A stretch of DNA of 64,000 bases from Polyangiales bacterium (lineage in GTDB: Bacteria > Myxococcota_A > Polyangia > Polyangiales > Ga0077539). Positions 29,276-37,631 of this stretch are shown here, piece after piece; position 1 is the stretch's first letter, and each line of letters opens with the position of its first letter. The notes below the pieces were generated by a model, which was given only the letters and a program-made list of their open reading frames with translations, did not search any database and was not told the DNA's origin. Position numbers and translations under genes: made by a program. Location: positions 800,001-864,000 of the forward strand of contig JBGARZ010000001.1 in NCBI GenBank assembly GCA_044229975.1. Direction: 5' to 3'.

Positions 29276-30448
29276 TTACCGCCGCTCGCAGAAGCTCTCG
29301 CCGGTCCCCTTCTGGGCGACACAGTCCAAGCCCAGCTCGCAGAAGAACGGCCGCATCATGGTGGGCGTCCGGCATCGGCCGCCGAGCGTTCCGTCGGGGA
29401 CGCACACCTGCCGAACGCCCGACTGGATCACACAGGTGGTCTCGACGTCGCAGTCCCGCTCGGTCTCCTCGCCGGTGCAAGCGAAGCCCGCCGCGATGGG
29501 TCGCACGCAGGTCACGCGCGACCGATGGCAGATGAGCCCGGCGTCGCACCGGGACACGCCTGGGACGTCGGTGCCACGGCACATGGCGAGGAAGGTTCCG
29601 TCGAGGGTGCACAGCCCGCCGAGGCAGGTGGCGCCGACCGAACACCGCGGCGAGCCCGGGGTCATGACGTCGCAGGGCTGACCCACGGGCACCGGGCGCA
29701 GGCAGGTGAGCTGCGCGCTCGCGACGGGGAGCTGACACTCCAGGCCCGCGTCGCAGAGGTTGCCCGCGCGGCAGCGCGCGCCGAGCGACCCGATGGGGCG
29801 ACAGACGCCATAGCGGGCGCCTCCGAGAACGTCGCCGACGCACACGGTGTCGCCCGCGCAGAAGCTCGTGCTGCGCCCCGAGAGCACGCAGGCGTCGCCG
29901 ACCCCGAGCGGCCCGCCGCAGCGGCTGCGGTTGTCGCCGATGTTGTCGCAGGTGAGGCCGGGGTCGCAGGTGGTCGCGGTGTTCTGTCGGCAGTAGGCGC
30001 CGGCCTGCCCGTAGGTGACGCACTGGAGGCGCCCGTCGAGCCCGACGCAGCCTTCGTTGAGGCCGCACTGCCGCGAACCGCACCGGGTGCGCGGCCCGAA
30101 GTGCTGGTTGCGTCCGCACCACCCCTCGATGCACTGGATGTCCTCGTCGCAGGCGAGGGTGTCGTCGCGGCAGAGCCCGCCGCGAGAGCCGTCGCGCACG
30201 CACAGCCCGAGGTTGCCGGGACCGACGGCGATGCAGTGACGCCCCGGCCCGCACGGATCACCCAGCCCAGGGGGACAGTCCACGCGGGTCATCGGATCGT
30301 CGAGCGGATCGACGACGACCTCCTCCACGACGTCGACGAAGCCCGCGTCGATCTCCAGGGGCGCGGGGGTCAAGCTCGCGGTCGCGTAGGTCGAGCAGGC
30401 GCCGACCCCGAGGGCGAGGCAACCCAGCAGCGTCGTGCGGATGGACAT
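29276..30448 (-). CDS. Cysteine-rich repeat lipoprotein
   Basis: MSIRTTLLGCLALGVGAC lipobox; repeated G..C....C..GL.C units. Confidence 0.8.
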   Translation of the reverse strand: MSIRTTLLGCLALGVGACSTYATASLTPAPLEIDAGFVDVVEEVVVDPLDDPMTRVDCPPGLGDPCGPGRHCIAVGPGNLGLCVRDGSRGGLCRDDTLACDEDIQCIEGWCGRNQHFGPRTRCGSRQCGLNEGCVGLDGRLQCVTYGQAGAYCRQNTATTCDPGLTCDNIGDNRSRCGGPLGVGDACVLSGRSTSFCAGDTVCVGDVLGGARYGVCRPIGSLGARCRAGNLCDAGLECQLPVASAQLTCLRPVPVGQPCDVMTPGSPRCSVGATCLGGLCTLDGTFLAMCRGTDVPGVSRCDAGLICHRSRVTCVRPIAAGFACTGEETERDCDVETTCVIQSGVRQVCVPDGTLGGRCRTPTMMRPFFCELGLDCVAQKGTGESFCERR

Positions 30449-30546
30449 CTGAGCCGCCGATGGTCGCCCATGCATCTACTTCCGACAATGACGCCGTCCC
30501 CGCTTCGCCCGTTGCCGCGCCACGGCGGTGCGCGCATCCTCCGCCG

Positions 30547-31578
30547 GTGACCGGTCGCCTCCTGTCCCTGCTCACGATGCTGTGCGCGCTGGTCTTCGCC
30601 GCGCCGGGGGCGCTCGCGCAGGGGACGGCCCCGGTGCTGGTGGCCACGCCGCCCGGAGCGCGCACGCGGCTCCAGCGCGTGACGGTGAACATCCTCGACG
30701 GGCGCGACTCGCTGGCCCGTGGGGTGGTGTTGCAAGACACGGGGCGCATCTTGACGGCGTTGGTTCCGGTGCGAGAGGCGCGCGACCTGCGGGTGGTCTA
30801 CCCCGACGGGCGCATCGACCGCGCGCGGGTGGTCGCCACCGACCTCGCGTGGGGCATCGCGCTGCTCGAAGGCACGGCCGGGCGCTGGGTCGAGGGCCTG
30901 CGCATCGCCGATCGCGACGCGCGGGTGCGCGACCAGGTGAGCTGGGTTCCGGCCGCGGGGGCGCAGGTGTCGAGCGGGCTCCTGCGACGACGGCGATCGT
31001 TCGTTGGCGGCAACGCGACGCTGCTGAGAGACGCGTGGGAGCTCGACCCCATCCCCGCCAACAGCGCGGTGGGCAGCCCCATCTTCCACCATGCGACGAG
31101 CACCCTCGTGGGCCTCGTCGTCCCGCCCGACCGCGAGAGCGAGATCACCGGCGCCGACGTGGCCTTCGGGGTGCCGGTGAGCGTTCTGCGGGCGCTGGCC
31201 AACTCGGCGGTCGCGGCGGCGCGTCCGTGGTTGGGTCTGGTGATGGTGGAGTTTCCGCCCGGTGCGTCGGTGCGCTTCGCGACGGGGGGTCTGCGCGTGA
31301 CGAGCGTGGCGCCCGAAGGTCCGGGCGCGGCGGCGGGGCTGCGCGGCGGCCCCAACGGCGACGTGGTGGTGGCCGTCGACAACCGACCCGTGCGAACCCT
31401 GGCCGACCTCGGCGAGGTGCTGGAGCGCCGTCACATCGGGGAAGATGTGCTGCTGCGGGTCACGCGCCGGGGAGCCACCTTCGACGCGACGCTCACGCTC
31501 GCCGCGCGACCGCAGGCGGCAGCGCCGACGGAGCAGCCGCGCAATGACGACGCGACGCCGCGGGGGCAGCAAGAGTAG
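30547..31578 (+). CDS. Exported trypsin-like + PDZ protein (HtrA-like) with degenerate catalytic motifs
   Basis: Signal peptide; RGVVL..GRILTA, ARVVATD...IALL, PDZ RPWLGL..GLRVTSVAPEGPGAAAGLR..DVVVAVD. The catalytic His motif reads TALVPV. Confidence 0.8.
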   Translation: MTGRLLSLLTMLCALVFAAPGALAQGTAPVLVATPPGARTRLQRVTVNILDGRDSLARGVVLQDTGRILTALVPVREARDLRVVYPDGRIDRARVVATDLAWGIALLEGTAGRWVEGLRIADRDARVRDQVSWVPAAGAQVSSGLLRRRRSFVGGNATLLRDAWELDPIPANSAVGSPIFHHATSTLVGLVVPPDRESEITGADVAFGVPVSVLRALANSAVAAARPWLGLVMVEFPPGASVRFATGGLRVTSVAPEGPGAAAGLRGGPNGDVVVAVDNRPVRTLADLGEVLERRHIGEDVLLRVTRRGATFDATLTLAARPQAAAPTEQPRNDDATPRGQQE

Positions 31579-31590
31579 TCTCCGGCGCCC

Positions 31591-34500
31591 ATGCGCCTGG
31601 CAGATCGGTACCGGTTGGTTCGTCGCGTCGGGGAGGGCGGCGGCGGGGGTGTGTTTCTCGTGGAGGACCGCCTCGCGGGCGACGCGCTCATGGTGCTCAA
31701 GCGCCTCAACGCGCAGGCCCACGCGACGCTCGCGCAGTGGCTGGTCAACGAGTTCCAGATTCTCGCGCAGCTCGACCTGCCGACGGTGGCGCCGGTGTTC
31801 GACTTCGGCCTCGCGAGCGCCGACGCCGAAGACCCGGGCGGGACCTTCTTCACCCGCGCCTTCGTCGACGGCTCCCCCCTCGACGAGGCCGTCGATGCGT
31901 CCGACGCGGCGCGCTTGCGGCGGCTCTTCCGCTCGGCCGCCGAGACGCTGCGGGAGCTCCACCGCCTCGGGGTGGTGCACGGCGACCTGAAGCCCGCCAA
32001 CCTCATCGTTCCGAGCGGCGCCGACCACGTGGTGCTCATCGACTTCGGACTCGCCCACGGGTCCATGGGTGCGGCCTCGCACGTGCGCGGCGGAACCCTC
32101 GGCTTCATGCCCCCGGAGCGCCAGGCGCTGCTGCTCGCGGGCGAACCGCTCCCGCCCGACCCCCGCGCCGACGTCTTCGCCCTCGCGGTCTCCCTCCGCG
32201 TCATCCTCGCGGGCGGAACCATCCCCCCCATCGGCTCCCCTCCCCAGCCCAACGTCGCAGCCGACGACGACCTCCGAGCGCTCTGGGCCCTCACCGAGCG
32301 CGGCGCCGCCGAACAACCCGGCCGCCGCTTCGCCACCATGGACGACCTCCTTGCGGCCCTCGGTGGTGAGGGCGATGGCGCGTCCCCGAGCTTCCGTCCG
32401 CCGTCCATGCCAAGCCGCGTGGTGCTGCGCCCCGAAGGCCGCGAGCCCGAGCTCGGAACGCTCCTCGACGCCGTCGCCCGACGCCTCGTACGCCGCGACG
32501 GGTCGCTCGCCGCCGCCGTGGTGCTCGGCGAAGAAGGCAGCGGGCGCACGACGCTGCTGCGCGAGATCGCGTGGCGCGCACAGCTCAGAGGCATCCAGAC
32601 GCTGCGCATCCAGGGTGAGCCCGGCGAAGGGCCCGCGCGGCGACTGCGCGAAGGCGCGACGGTGCTCTCGGGTCGGGCCGTCGCCCCCAACGCGCTCGAA
32701 GACCTCTCGGCGGCGCTGCGGGAAGCCGCGCGCACGGCACCCGTGCTGGTGCTGGCGGACGACCTCGACCGCGCCGACCCCGCGGTGCACGCGCTGCTGC
32801 GCTCGGTGGCCTACGCGTGCGAGGCCGACGAGCCCCTGCTGGTGGTGGGGACGGCGCGCACGGCGGAGGGCGTCGCGGCGCTGGAAGCGACGCTGCGGGT
32901 GGAGCTCGGTCCGCTCGATCAGGCCGCGGTGGCGGCGCTCTGCGCGCAGACGCTCGGATCGGTGGAGCCCGCGGTGGTGCTCGCGGTGCGTCGTCGCTCG
33001 GGCGGTCTGCCGCTGGCGGTGCACGAGCTGCTCGACGCCCTCGCGCGGTCGGGCGCGGTGTCGCCCGCGGACGTCGAGGCGACGGAGTTCAGCGGGCGGG
33101 CGCGGGACATGGTGGCGCGTCGCATGGCGGTGCTGCCGGCGCGCGTGACGGCGGCCGTGGCGGTGGTGGCGATGCTCGGCGGCGAGGCGACGCCCGAGCG
33201 GGTCAGCGCGGCCATCGAGGACGAAGGGGCGCTCGCCGAGGCGCGGCGCGAGGGCGTGCTGGGCCGCGAACCCGACGGGCGCTGGATGCTGGCGCGCGGG
33301 GCGCTGGAGGCGACGGTGCGCGCGGCGGTGGGCGACGCGCGGTGGCTGACGACGGCGCGGCGGGTGGCCGAGGCGCTGGAGGCGCTGCGGGCGCCGGTGA
33401 CGCTGCGGGCGACAGCGTGGCTGCGGGCGGGCGAGGTCGCGCGGGCGCGGGCGCTGTCGGCCGAAGCGGTGACGGCGCTGCGGCAGGAGGGCCTGCCGAT
33501 GGCGGCGGTGACGCTGCTGGAGGCGCTGCGCGTGGCCGACCCGGAGGGCACGGCGGCCGAGGCGCGCTTCGAGGAGGCCGAGCTGCTGCACGAGGCGGGG
33601 CTGATGCCGAGGGCCGAGGCGCTGGCCCTCTCGCTGGCCGAGCGCGGCGACGCGACGGGAACGCGCGCGACGCTGCTCTACGGTCGGCTGCGACGACTGG
33701 CGGGTGACCTCGACACGGCCGAGGCGTGGCTCACGCGGGCGCACGCGGCGGCGACCGGGAGCGCGCCCGACCTCGCGGCCGAGGCGCTGACGGAGGCCGC
33801 GCGGGTGAGCGTGGCGCGCGGCGACTACGCGACGGCGGTGGCGCGCTGCGAGGCGGCGATGGCAGACGCCGAGGGCGCGAAGGCGCGGGCCGAGGCGCAG
33901 GCGCTCGGGGGGCTCGGGCTGGTGTTTGCGGGCGACGCGCCGAAGGGCACGGCGTGGTTGGAGGAGGCGCGGGCGGTGTACGCGTCGATGGCGCTGCCAC
34001 GCGAGGAGGCGACGCTGCTGGCGTACCTGGCCATCGCGCGCGAGAAGGAGGGCGACCTGGAGGGCGCCCGCGCGCTGCACGAGCGATCGCTGGAGCGGGC
34101 GCGCACGGCGGGCGATCTGCGGGCGATGGTGACGGCGCGCATCAACGTCGGGCACGTGGCGCAGCGCATGGGCGACCTCGGGGCCTCGCTGGAAAACGAT
34201 CGCGCGGCGCTGCGACTCGCGCAGCGATCGGGGCTGCGGCCGGCGGTCATCAACGCGCGGCTCAACATGGCGAGCCAGCTCATTCGCATCGGCAGCCTCG
34301 ACCGCGCGCGGGCCGAGCTCGACGCGGTGCTGGTGCTCGCGCGCGAGACGCAGGCGCACGAGCTGGCGGCGTCGGCGACGCTGATGCTCGGCGTAACGAG
34401 GGCGCGCGGCGGGGAGGTCGACGCGGGCCTCGCGCTCATCGCGGAGTCCGAAGCGCAGTTCGAGGCGATGGGGCAGGCCGACGACGCGGCGGACGCGGGG

Positions 34501-36618
34501 CTCGACGCGGCCGAGGCGCTGCTCGATCGGAGCGCGAGCGGCGACGTCGACCGGGCGCGCGAGGCCCTCGGTCGGGCGACACGACGGGGAGAGCTCGGGC
34601 TGCGGTCGTGCCGCGCGGCGCTGCTGGAGGCGCGGTGTCTTCTGGTGGGCGGCGGGGCGCGCGAGGCGATGGCGCGCGCGACGGTGGCCATCACCGAGGC
34701 GGAGGCGGGACGGGACTGGGAGGTTCACTCGCAGGCGCTGGCGGTGAGGGCGCAGGCGCTGGCGGCGACGGGCGCCGAGCTGCATGCGAGGAAGGATCGC
34801 GAGCGCGCGCTGGAGGTGCTCGAAGAGAAGGCGATGCTGCTGCCGCCGGACCTGCGCGGGGCGTTCTGGGGGGTTCCGCGGCGGGCGTCGCTGCGGGCGT
34901 CACTCGGGACGCAGGGCGTGGCGCCGGGGGCGTCGGAGATCGTCATCGACCCGCAGGCGGTGAAGCGCGCGACGGCGATGGGGCGCGCGGCGCGGGCGGG
35001 CGCGACGGTCAACGGCCCGACGCTGATGGCCAACGACGAGCGGCTGTTGTTGCTGCTCGACCTGTCGCGACGGCTCGGCGAAGAGGACGGCCTGGAGCGG
35101 GTGCTCGACCAGGCGGTGCGAAGCGCGGTGGAGCTCACCAACGCCGAGCGCGGCGCGCTGTTGTTGGCGGGCGACGCGGGCCTCGTGCTGCGGGCGCGGG
35201 TGGGCCCGCGGCAGGGCGACGGGCCGGACGACCAGGTGTCGCGCTCCATCGCCGACACGGTGTGGATCGACGGCGAGCCCGTGGTGACGCTCGACGCCAA
35301 AGGGGACCGGCGGTTCGCGGAGTTTCGCTCGGTGCACGAGCTCGGGGTGACGGCGGCTGCTGGCGTTCCGATGCGCTTTCGCGGGCGCGTGGTGGGCGTG
35401 CTGCTGGTGGAGAGCCGACGACGCAAGGTGGCGTGGGCGGCCTCGGACGTGTCGCTGATGATGGCCTTCGCCGAGCAGGCGGCCATCGCGGTGGAGCACC
35501 AGCGCCTCGTCGGAGAGCTCGAAGCCCGGACGGGTGAGCTCGAAGCGGCGCGACGCTCGCTGGAGTCGCTGCTCCAGTCGCGCGACCACGAGCTGCAGGC
35601 GACGCGCACCTCGCTGGTGCGAGCGCAGGACGCGCTCAACCGACGCTTCGCCCCGGCGGGCGTGATCGCCGGGACCGAGACGATGCGAAGGCTCTTCGCG
35701 CTGGTGGAGCGGGTGCGCGACGCAGACGTCCCGGTGGTGGTCGAGGGCGAGTCGGGGACGGGCAAGGAGCTGGTGGCGCGGGCGATACACCACTCGGGTC
35801 AACGGGCGCGCGGGCCCTTCGTGGTGGTGCACTGCGGGGCCATTCCCGAGTCGCTGCTGGAGAGCGAGCTCTTCGGTCACGTGCGCGGGGCCTTCACGGG
35901 CGCCGACCGCGACCGCAAGGGCCTCATCGTGAGCGCCAACGGCGGAACGCTCCTCCTCGACGAGCTCGCCGAGATGTCGCCGCGGATGCAGGTGGAGCTG
36001 CTGCGGGTGTTGCAGGAGCGGAAGGTTCGCCCCGTCGGGTCGGAGCACGACGAGACCGTGGACGCGCGCATCGTGGCCGCCACGCAGCGCCCGCTCGCCG
36101 ACCTCGTCCGCGAGGGCCGCATCCGCGAAGACCTCTTCTATCGCCTCTCGGTGGTGACGCTGCGGGTGCCGCCGTTGCGCGAGCGGCTGGAGGACATCCC
36201 CGCCCTCGCGGCGCACTTCCTGGCGGCCTTCGCCGACGCCCAGTCGACGCCGCGCAAGCGCCTCTCGCGCGAGGCGATGTCGCGGCTGCTCGCGGCCGAG
36301 TGGCCGGGCAACGTGAGGCAGCTCCAGCACGTGCTGGAGAGCGCAGCGGTGCTGGCCGACGGGCCGGTGATCGAGGCCGAGGCGCTGGCGCTGCCGCGGG
36401 CTTCGACGCTGGTGTCGCCGTCGACCGTGGCGGCCGTGACGGCGGCGCCCGCGGTGGGCGGTGCGTTTACAGCGGTGCGTAAGGCGAGCGAGCGCCAGCG
36501 CATCGTCGACGCCCTCGAACAGGTCAACTGGAACAAGGTCCGCGCAGCGGTTGTTCTGGGGATGCCGCGGCGCACGCTGTACCGGCGGCTCAAGGAGTAC
36601 GGGCTGTTGGACGAATAG
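31591..36618 (+). CDS. Ser/Thr kinase - P-loop NTPase - TPR - GAF - sigma54 AAA+ - Fis HTH fusion (bacterial enhancer-binding protein)
   Basis: Kinase HGDLKPAN/DFG; GEEGSGRTT plus LVLADDLD; helical repeats; GAF (AERGALLL...GVPMRFRGRVVGVL); GESGTGKE, GAFTGA, REDLFYRL, WPGNVRQL; AAVVLGMPRRTLYRRL. Confidence 0.93.
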   Translation: MRLADRYRLVRRVGEGGGGGVFLVEDRLAGDALMVLKRLNAQAHATLAQWLVNEFQILAQLDLPTVAPVFDFGLASADAEDPGGTFFTRAFVDGSPLDEAVDASDAARLRRLFRSAAETLRELHRLGVVHGDLKPANLIVPSGADHVVLIDFGLAHGSMGAASHVRGGTLGFMPPERQALLLAGEPLPPDPRADVFALAVSLRVILAGGTIPPIGSPPQPNVAADDDLRALWALTERGAAEQPGRRFATMDDLLAALGGEGDGASPSFRPPSMPSRVVLRPEGREPELGTLLDAVARRLVRRDGSLAAAVVLGEEGSGRTTLLREIAWRAQLRGIQTLRIQGEPGEGPARRLREGATVLSGRAVAPNALEDLSAALREAARTAPVLVLADDLDRADPAVHALLRSVAYACEADEPLLVVGTARTAEGVAALEATLRVELGPLDQAAVAALCAQTLGSVEPAVVLAVRRRSGGLPLAVHELLDALARSGAVSPADVEATEFSGRARDMVARRMAVLPARVTAAVAVVAMLGGEATPERVSAAIEDEGALAEARREGVLGREPDGRWMLARGALEATVRAAVGDARWLTTARRVAEALEALRAPVTLRATAWLRAGEVARARALSAEAVTALRQEGLPMAAVTLLEALRVADPEGTAAEARFEEAELLHEAGLMPRAEALALSLAERGDATGTRATLLYGRLRRLAGDLDTAEAWLTRAHAAATGSAPDLAAEALTEAARVSVARGDYATAVARCEAAMADAEGAKARAEAQALGGLGLVFAGDAPKGTAWLEEARAVYASMALPREEATLLAYLAIAREKEGDLEGARALHERSLERARTAGDLRAMVTARINVGHVAQRMGDLGASLENDRAALRLAQRSGLRPAVINARLNMASQLIRIGSLDRARAELDAVLVLARETQAHELAASATLMLGVTRARGGEVDAGLALIAESEAQFEAMGQADDAADAGLDAAEALLDRSASGDVDRAREALGRATRRGELGLRSCRAALLEARCLLVGGGAREAMARATVAITEAEAGRDWEVHSQALAVRAQALAATGAELHARKDRERALEVLEEKAMLLPPDLRGAFWGVPRRASLRASLGTQGVAPGASEIVIDPQAVKRATAMGRAARAGATVNGPTLMANDERLLLLLDLSRRLGEEDGLERVLDQAVRSAVELTNAERGALLLAGDAGLVLRARVGPRQGDGPDDQVSRSIADTVWIDGEPVVTLDAKGDRRFAEFRSVHELGVTAAAGVPMRFRGRVVGVLLVESRRRKVAWAASDVSLMMAFAEQAAIAVEHQRLVGELEARTGELEAARRSLESLLQSRDHELQATRTSLVRAQDALNRRFAPAGVIAGTETMRRLFALVERVRDADVPVVVEGESGTGKELVARAIHHSGQRARGPFVVVHCGAIPESLLESELFGHVRGAFTGADRDRKGLIVSANGGTLLLDELAEMSPRMQVELLRVLQERKVRPVGSEHDETVDARIVAATQRPLADLVREGRIREDLFYRLSVVTLRVPPLRERLEDIPALAAHFLAAFADAQSTPRKRLSREAMSRLLAAEWPGNVRQLQHVLESAAVLADGPVIEAEALALPRASTLVSPSTVAAVTAAPAVGGAFTAVRKASERQRIVDALEQVNWNKVRAAVVLGMPRRTLYRRLKEYGLLDE

Positions 36619-36624
36619 TCGGGC

Positions 36625-36654
36625 TGTGCCGTAGTGTGCCGACTCGTCATGGCA
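36625..36654 (+). promoter_or_regulatory. Candidate enhancer (UAS) repeats
   Basis: TGTGCC at 36625 and 36635 (10-bp period) plus an inverted GGCA at 36651, about 70-90 bp upstream of a sigma54-like promoter. Confidence 0.35.
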
Positions 36655-36716
36655 GCGCACCGCCGACCCGCCACCGATGTCGCGCGTGAGGTGTTCGGGG
36701 CACCGCGCTCCGGCGA

Positions 36717-36732
36717 TGGCCCGCACCGTGCA
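36717..36732 (+). promoter_or_regulatory. Sigma54 (-24/-12) promoter candidate
   Basis: TGGCCCGCACCGTGCA has GG-N10-GC spacing and matches TGGCACG-N4-TTGCA at 10 of 12 consensus positions. It lies directly downstream of the EBP gene. Confidence 0.6.
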
Positions 36733-36744
36733 GCCAGGGGACGT

Positions 36745-37173
36745 GTGTGGTCGGCGACGAAGCGGTGGTCGTGTCTTGCTGTGGTGTTGGGTCTGGGTTG
36801 TGTGTTCACGACCCGTCCGATGATTCCACTGCGCGACGACGACGCGGGTAACTACAACCCTGCCGCCGGCGCGGACGCAGGCCGCGGTGGGGGTGGTGAT
36901 GGCGGGGTGGTGGGGGTCGCCGACGCGTCGGTCCCGTCGTTCGATGTGGCCGCGAGCGATGGTCCGCCGGAGGCCCAGGATGCCGCGGGAGGGTCGTTCG
37001 ACTCGCACTGTTTCCGGATGGCGTCCGACGGCGGCGACGCGGGGTACGTCGATGAGGACGGCGCGCCCTGCATCCCGAACGCGGACGGCGGACGCGGTGA
37101 CGTCCCGGACGCGAGCGACGCGGACGCGGCGAGGGACACGGCGGGTGACGGCGTGACGTCGGGGGCGCTGTGA
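36745..37173 (+). CDS. Small acidic lipoprotein (CxFTT[RK]PMIP motif) 1
   Basis: VWSATKRWSCLAVVLGLGCVFTTRPMIP followed by Asp/Ala/Gly-rich sequence. The start is uncertain (ORF open from 36634). Confidence 0.65.
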   Translation: MWSATKRWSCLAVVLGLGCVFTTRPMIPLRDDDAGNYNPAAGADAGRGGGGDGGVVGVADASVPSFDVAASDGPPEAQDAAGGSFDSHCFRMASDGGDAGYVDEDGAPCIPNADGGRGDVPDASDADAARDTAGDGVTSGAL

Positions 37174-37628
37174 TCGCTGCGCGATGGATGGTGGTCGGCG
37201 CGCTGCTCGCGGGGTGTTCGTTCACGACGAAGCCGATGATCCCGATCGATCCGGACACGGAAAACCGCCTGGACGCCGGGCTGGCGCTCGGGTCCGACGT
37301 GGGGACCTCCGCGGACAGTGGAGCGATCGCTCGGACCGACGCGGGCGCCCCGGCGGACCGCGCGACACCGGACCTCGACGCGGCCCCGCCGTCGGACGCG
37401 GGCGCCACCGGGGTGCCCGACGGTCCGGCCTTCGCGGACGCGCCGACTCCCGCCGACGCGAGCGGCATGGACGCCGGCACCGTCGACGCGGGCAGTGCGG
37501 ACGCGGGCGTGCCGACAGACTGCGGCGCGGACGATGGTGGCGACGGCGGATGGTGCGACGAGGACGCTCCCGTCGACGCGTCTACGAACGACGCCGACGC
37601 GACCGATCACCACGTCAGCGACACATAG
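37170..37628 (+). CDS. Small acidic lipoprotein (CxFTT[RK]PMIP motif) 2
   Basis: MIAARWMVVGALLAGCSFTTKPMIP; GTGA overlap with the previous gene; DAG-rich. Confidence 0.72.
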   Translation: MIAARWMVVGALLAGCSFTTKPMIPIDPDTENRLDAGLALGSDVGTSADSGAIARTDAGAPADRATPDLDAAPPSDAGATGVPDGPAFADAPTPADASGMDAGTVDAGSADAGVPTDCGADDGGDGGWCDEDAPVDASTNDADATDHHVSDT

Positions 37629-37631
37629 GCG

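Noticed and set aside
30370..34785. 1471-aa minus-strand ORF
   Set aside because: Arg/His/Gln-rich antisense shadow of the HtrA-like and kinase-EBP genes.
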